From: a phage
Sequence record: DQ006818.1
DNA length: 625 nucleotides
Direction: 5' to 3' (one strand)
Part shown: positions 1 through 625 of the stretch, one piece after another
How positions within the stretch are numbered: position 1 is the first letter of the stretch
How the letters are laid out: each line of letters starts with the position of its first letter
Translations under genes and position numbers: made by a program
Notes under the pieces: generated by a model
Databases searched by the model: none
What the model was told of the DNA's origin: nothing
What the model saw: the letters and a program-made list of their open reading frames with translations, nothing else

Positions 1-21
1 TTACTGAGTATGAGAGGACAT
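1..21 (+). other. 3' part of the phage 5' untranslated leader upstream of the maturation (A2) gene; the genomic 5' terminus is not in the window
   Basis: Sequence lies immediately upstream of the recognised A2 start codon and carries the ribosome-binding element. In Qbeta-type genomes the A2 start sits roughly 60 nt from the 5' end (from memory), so about 40 nt of leader would be missing. There is no stop codon in the A2 frame within 1-21, so the leader/CDS boundary is set by homology, not by an upstream stop. Confidence 0.6.
13..18 (+). promoter_or_regulatory. Shine-Dalgarno / ribosome-binding site for the A2 gene
   Basis: Purine-rich 'agagga' with GAGG core at 14-17, 4 nt upstream of ATG 22-24 (tgagaggacatATG). 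The spacing is short but plausible for a bacterial or phage initiation site. Confidence 0.6.
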
Positions 22-625
22 ATGCCTAAATTACCGCGTGGTCTGCGTTTCGGAGCCGATAATGAAATTCTTAATGATTTTCAGGAGCTCTGGTTTCCAG
101 ATCTCTCTATCGAATCTTCCGACACGCACCCGTGGTACACACTGAAAGGTCGTGTTTTGAACGCCCATTTAGATGACCGTCTGCCTAATGTAGGCGGTCG
201 CCAGATAAGGCGTACTCCACACCGTGCTACCGTCCCGATTGCCTCTTCAGGCCTTCGTCCGGTAACAACCGTTCAGTATGATCCTACAGCACTGTCGTTC
301 TTATTGAACGCCCGTGTTGATTGGGATTTCGGTAATGGTGATAGTGCGGACCTTGTCATTAATGACTTTTTGTTCCGTACTTTCGCACCTAAGGAGTTCG
401 ATTTCTCGAATTCCTTAGCTCCTCGTTATACCCAGGCCTTCTCCGCTTTTAATGCCAAGTATGGCACTATGATCGGTGAAGGGCTCGAGACTATAAAATA
501 TCTCGGGCTTCTACTGCGCAGACTGCGTGAGGGTTTCCGTGCTGTAAAGCACGGCGATTTACGCGCTCTTCGTAGGGTTATCCAGTCTTACCATAAAGGT
601 AAGTGGAAACCGGCTACTGCTGGAA
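22..625 (+). CDS. A2: Maturation protein A2 (pilus-attachment / RNA-binding / single-gene lysis protein) of a Qbeta-like ssRNA coliphage; N-terminal 201 codons, 3'-partial (continues beyond the window)
   Basis: Manual translation from ATG 22-24 gives 201 sense codons with no stop up to base 624: MPKLPRGLRFGADNEILNDFQELWFPDLSIESSDTHPWYTLKGRVLNAHLDDRLPNVGGRQIRRTPHRATVPIASSGLRPVTTVQYDPTALSFLLNARVDWDFGNGDSADLVINDFLFRTFAPKEFDFSNSLAPRYTQAFSAFNAKYGTMIGEGLETIKYLGLLLRRLREGFRAVKHGDLRALRRVIQSYHKGKWKPATAG. The N-terminus MPKLPRGLRFGADNEILNDFQELWFPDL and most of the rest match my recollection of Qbeta A2 (about 420 aa in full). An SD precedes the start. Identity is from memory, not a computed alignment. 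Confidence 0.92.
   Translation, partial: MPKLPRGLRFGADNEILNDFQELWFPDLSIESSDTHPWYTLKGRVLNAHLDDRLPNVGGRQIRRTPHRATVPIASSGLRPVTTVQYDPTALSFLLNARVDWDFGNGDSADLVINDFLFRTFAPKEFDFSNSLAPRYTQAFSAFNAKYGTMIGEGLETIKYLGLLLRRLREGFRAVKHGDLRALRRVIQSYHKGKWKPATAG

Noticed and set aside
62-145. Short alternative-frame ORF on the + strand (ATG 62-64 to TGA 143-145, 27 codons) nested in the A2 gene
   Set aside because: It is very short, has no SD, and no overlapping gene is known at this position in Qbeta-group phages. It is most likely a chance ORF.
157-313. Exact 10-nt direct repeat 'ttgaacgccc' at 157-166 and 304-313, each adjacent to 'cgtgtt'
   Set aside because: Both copies lie in frame and encode the tripeptide L-N-A next to R-V. 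A single 10-mer match in about 600 bp has an appreciable chance probability (roughly 0.2), and there is no flanking repeat or spacer architecture. It is not a CRISPR, att site or mobile-element terminus.
19-489. Several 6-bp palindromic restriction sites: NdeI catatg 19-24 over the start codon, SacI gagctc 85-90, BglII agatct 99-104, EcoRI gaattc 408-413, XhoI ctcgag 484-489, suggesting an engineered cloning cassette
   Set aside because: About ten palindromic hexamers are expected by chance in 625 bp, and I believe the NdeI-like CAUAUG at the start is native to Qbeta. This is insufficient evidence of engineering, although a cDNA-clone origin remains possible for other reasons.
1-625. Possibility that the window encodes a novel defence or other undescribed system
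   Set aside because: The whole window is accounted for by one recognisable phage gene (A2) plus its leader. There is no operon structure, no repeats array and no additional domains.
1-625. Coding potential on the - strand
   Set aside because: The sequence corresponds to a positive-sense ssRNA phage genome. The complementary strand is a replication intermediate and is not translated, so any reverse ORFs would be artefacts.
22-625. Assignment to MS2-type (Emesvirus) maturation protein instead of Qbeta-type
   Set aside because: The MS2 A protein, as I recall it, begins MRAFSTLDREN..., which does not match. The N-terminus here, MPKLPRGLRFGADNEILNDFQELWFPDL, is the Qbeta-type A2.

Overview
The window is almost entirely one + strand ORF whose translation I recognise as the N-terminal half of the maturation/lysis protein A2 of an RNA coliphage of the Qbeta type (Qubevirus-like; historically Leviviridae/Allolevivirus). 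A short 5' leader with a Shine-Dalgarno element (bases 1-21) precedes the start codon at 22-24, and the reading frame runs off the 3' end of the window. Because these phages have ssRNA(+) genomes, the DNA shown is best read as a cDNA copy, and the - strand is not expected to encode anything. I see no tRNA, rRNA, CRISPR array, mobile element or defence-system signature. Despite the prompt, I find no evidence of a previously undescribed system: the window is explained by a well-characterised phage gene, although it appears to be a sequence variant rather than the prototype. All identity statements rest on my recollection of the Qbeta A2 protein and on manual translation; no database search was run.
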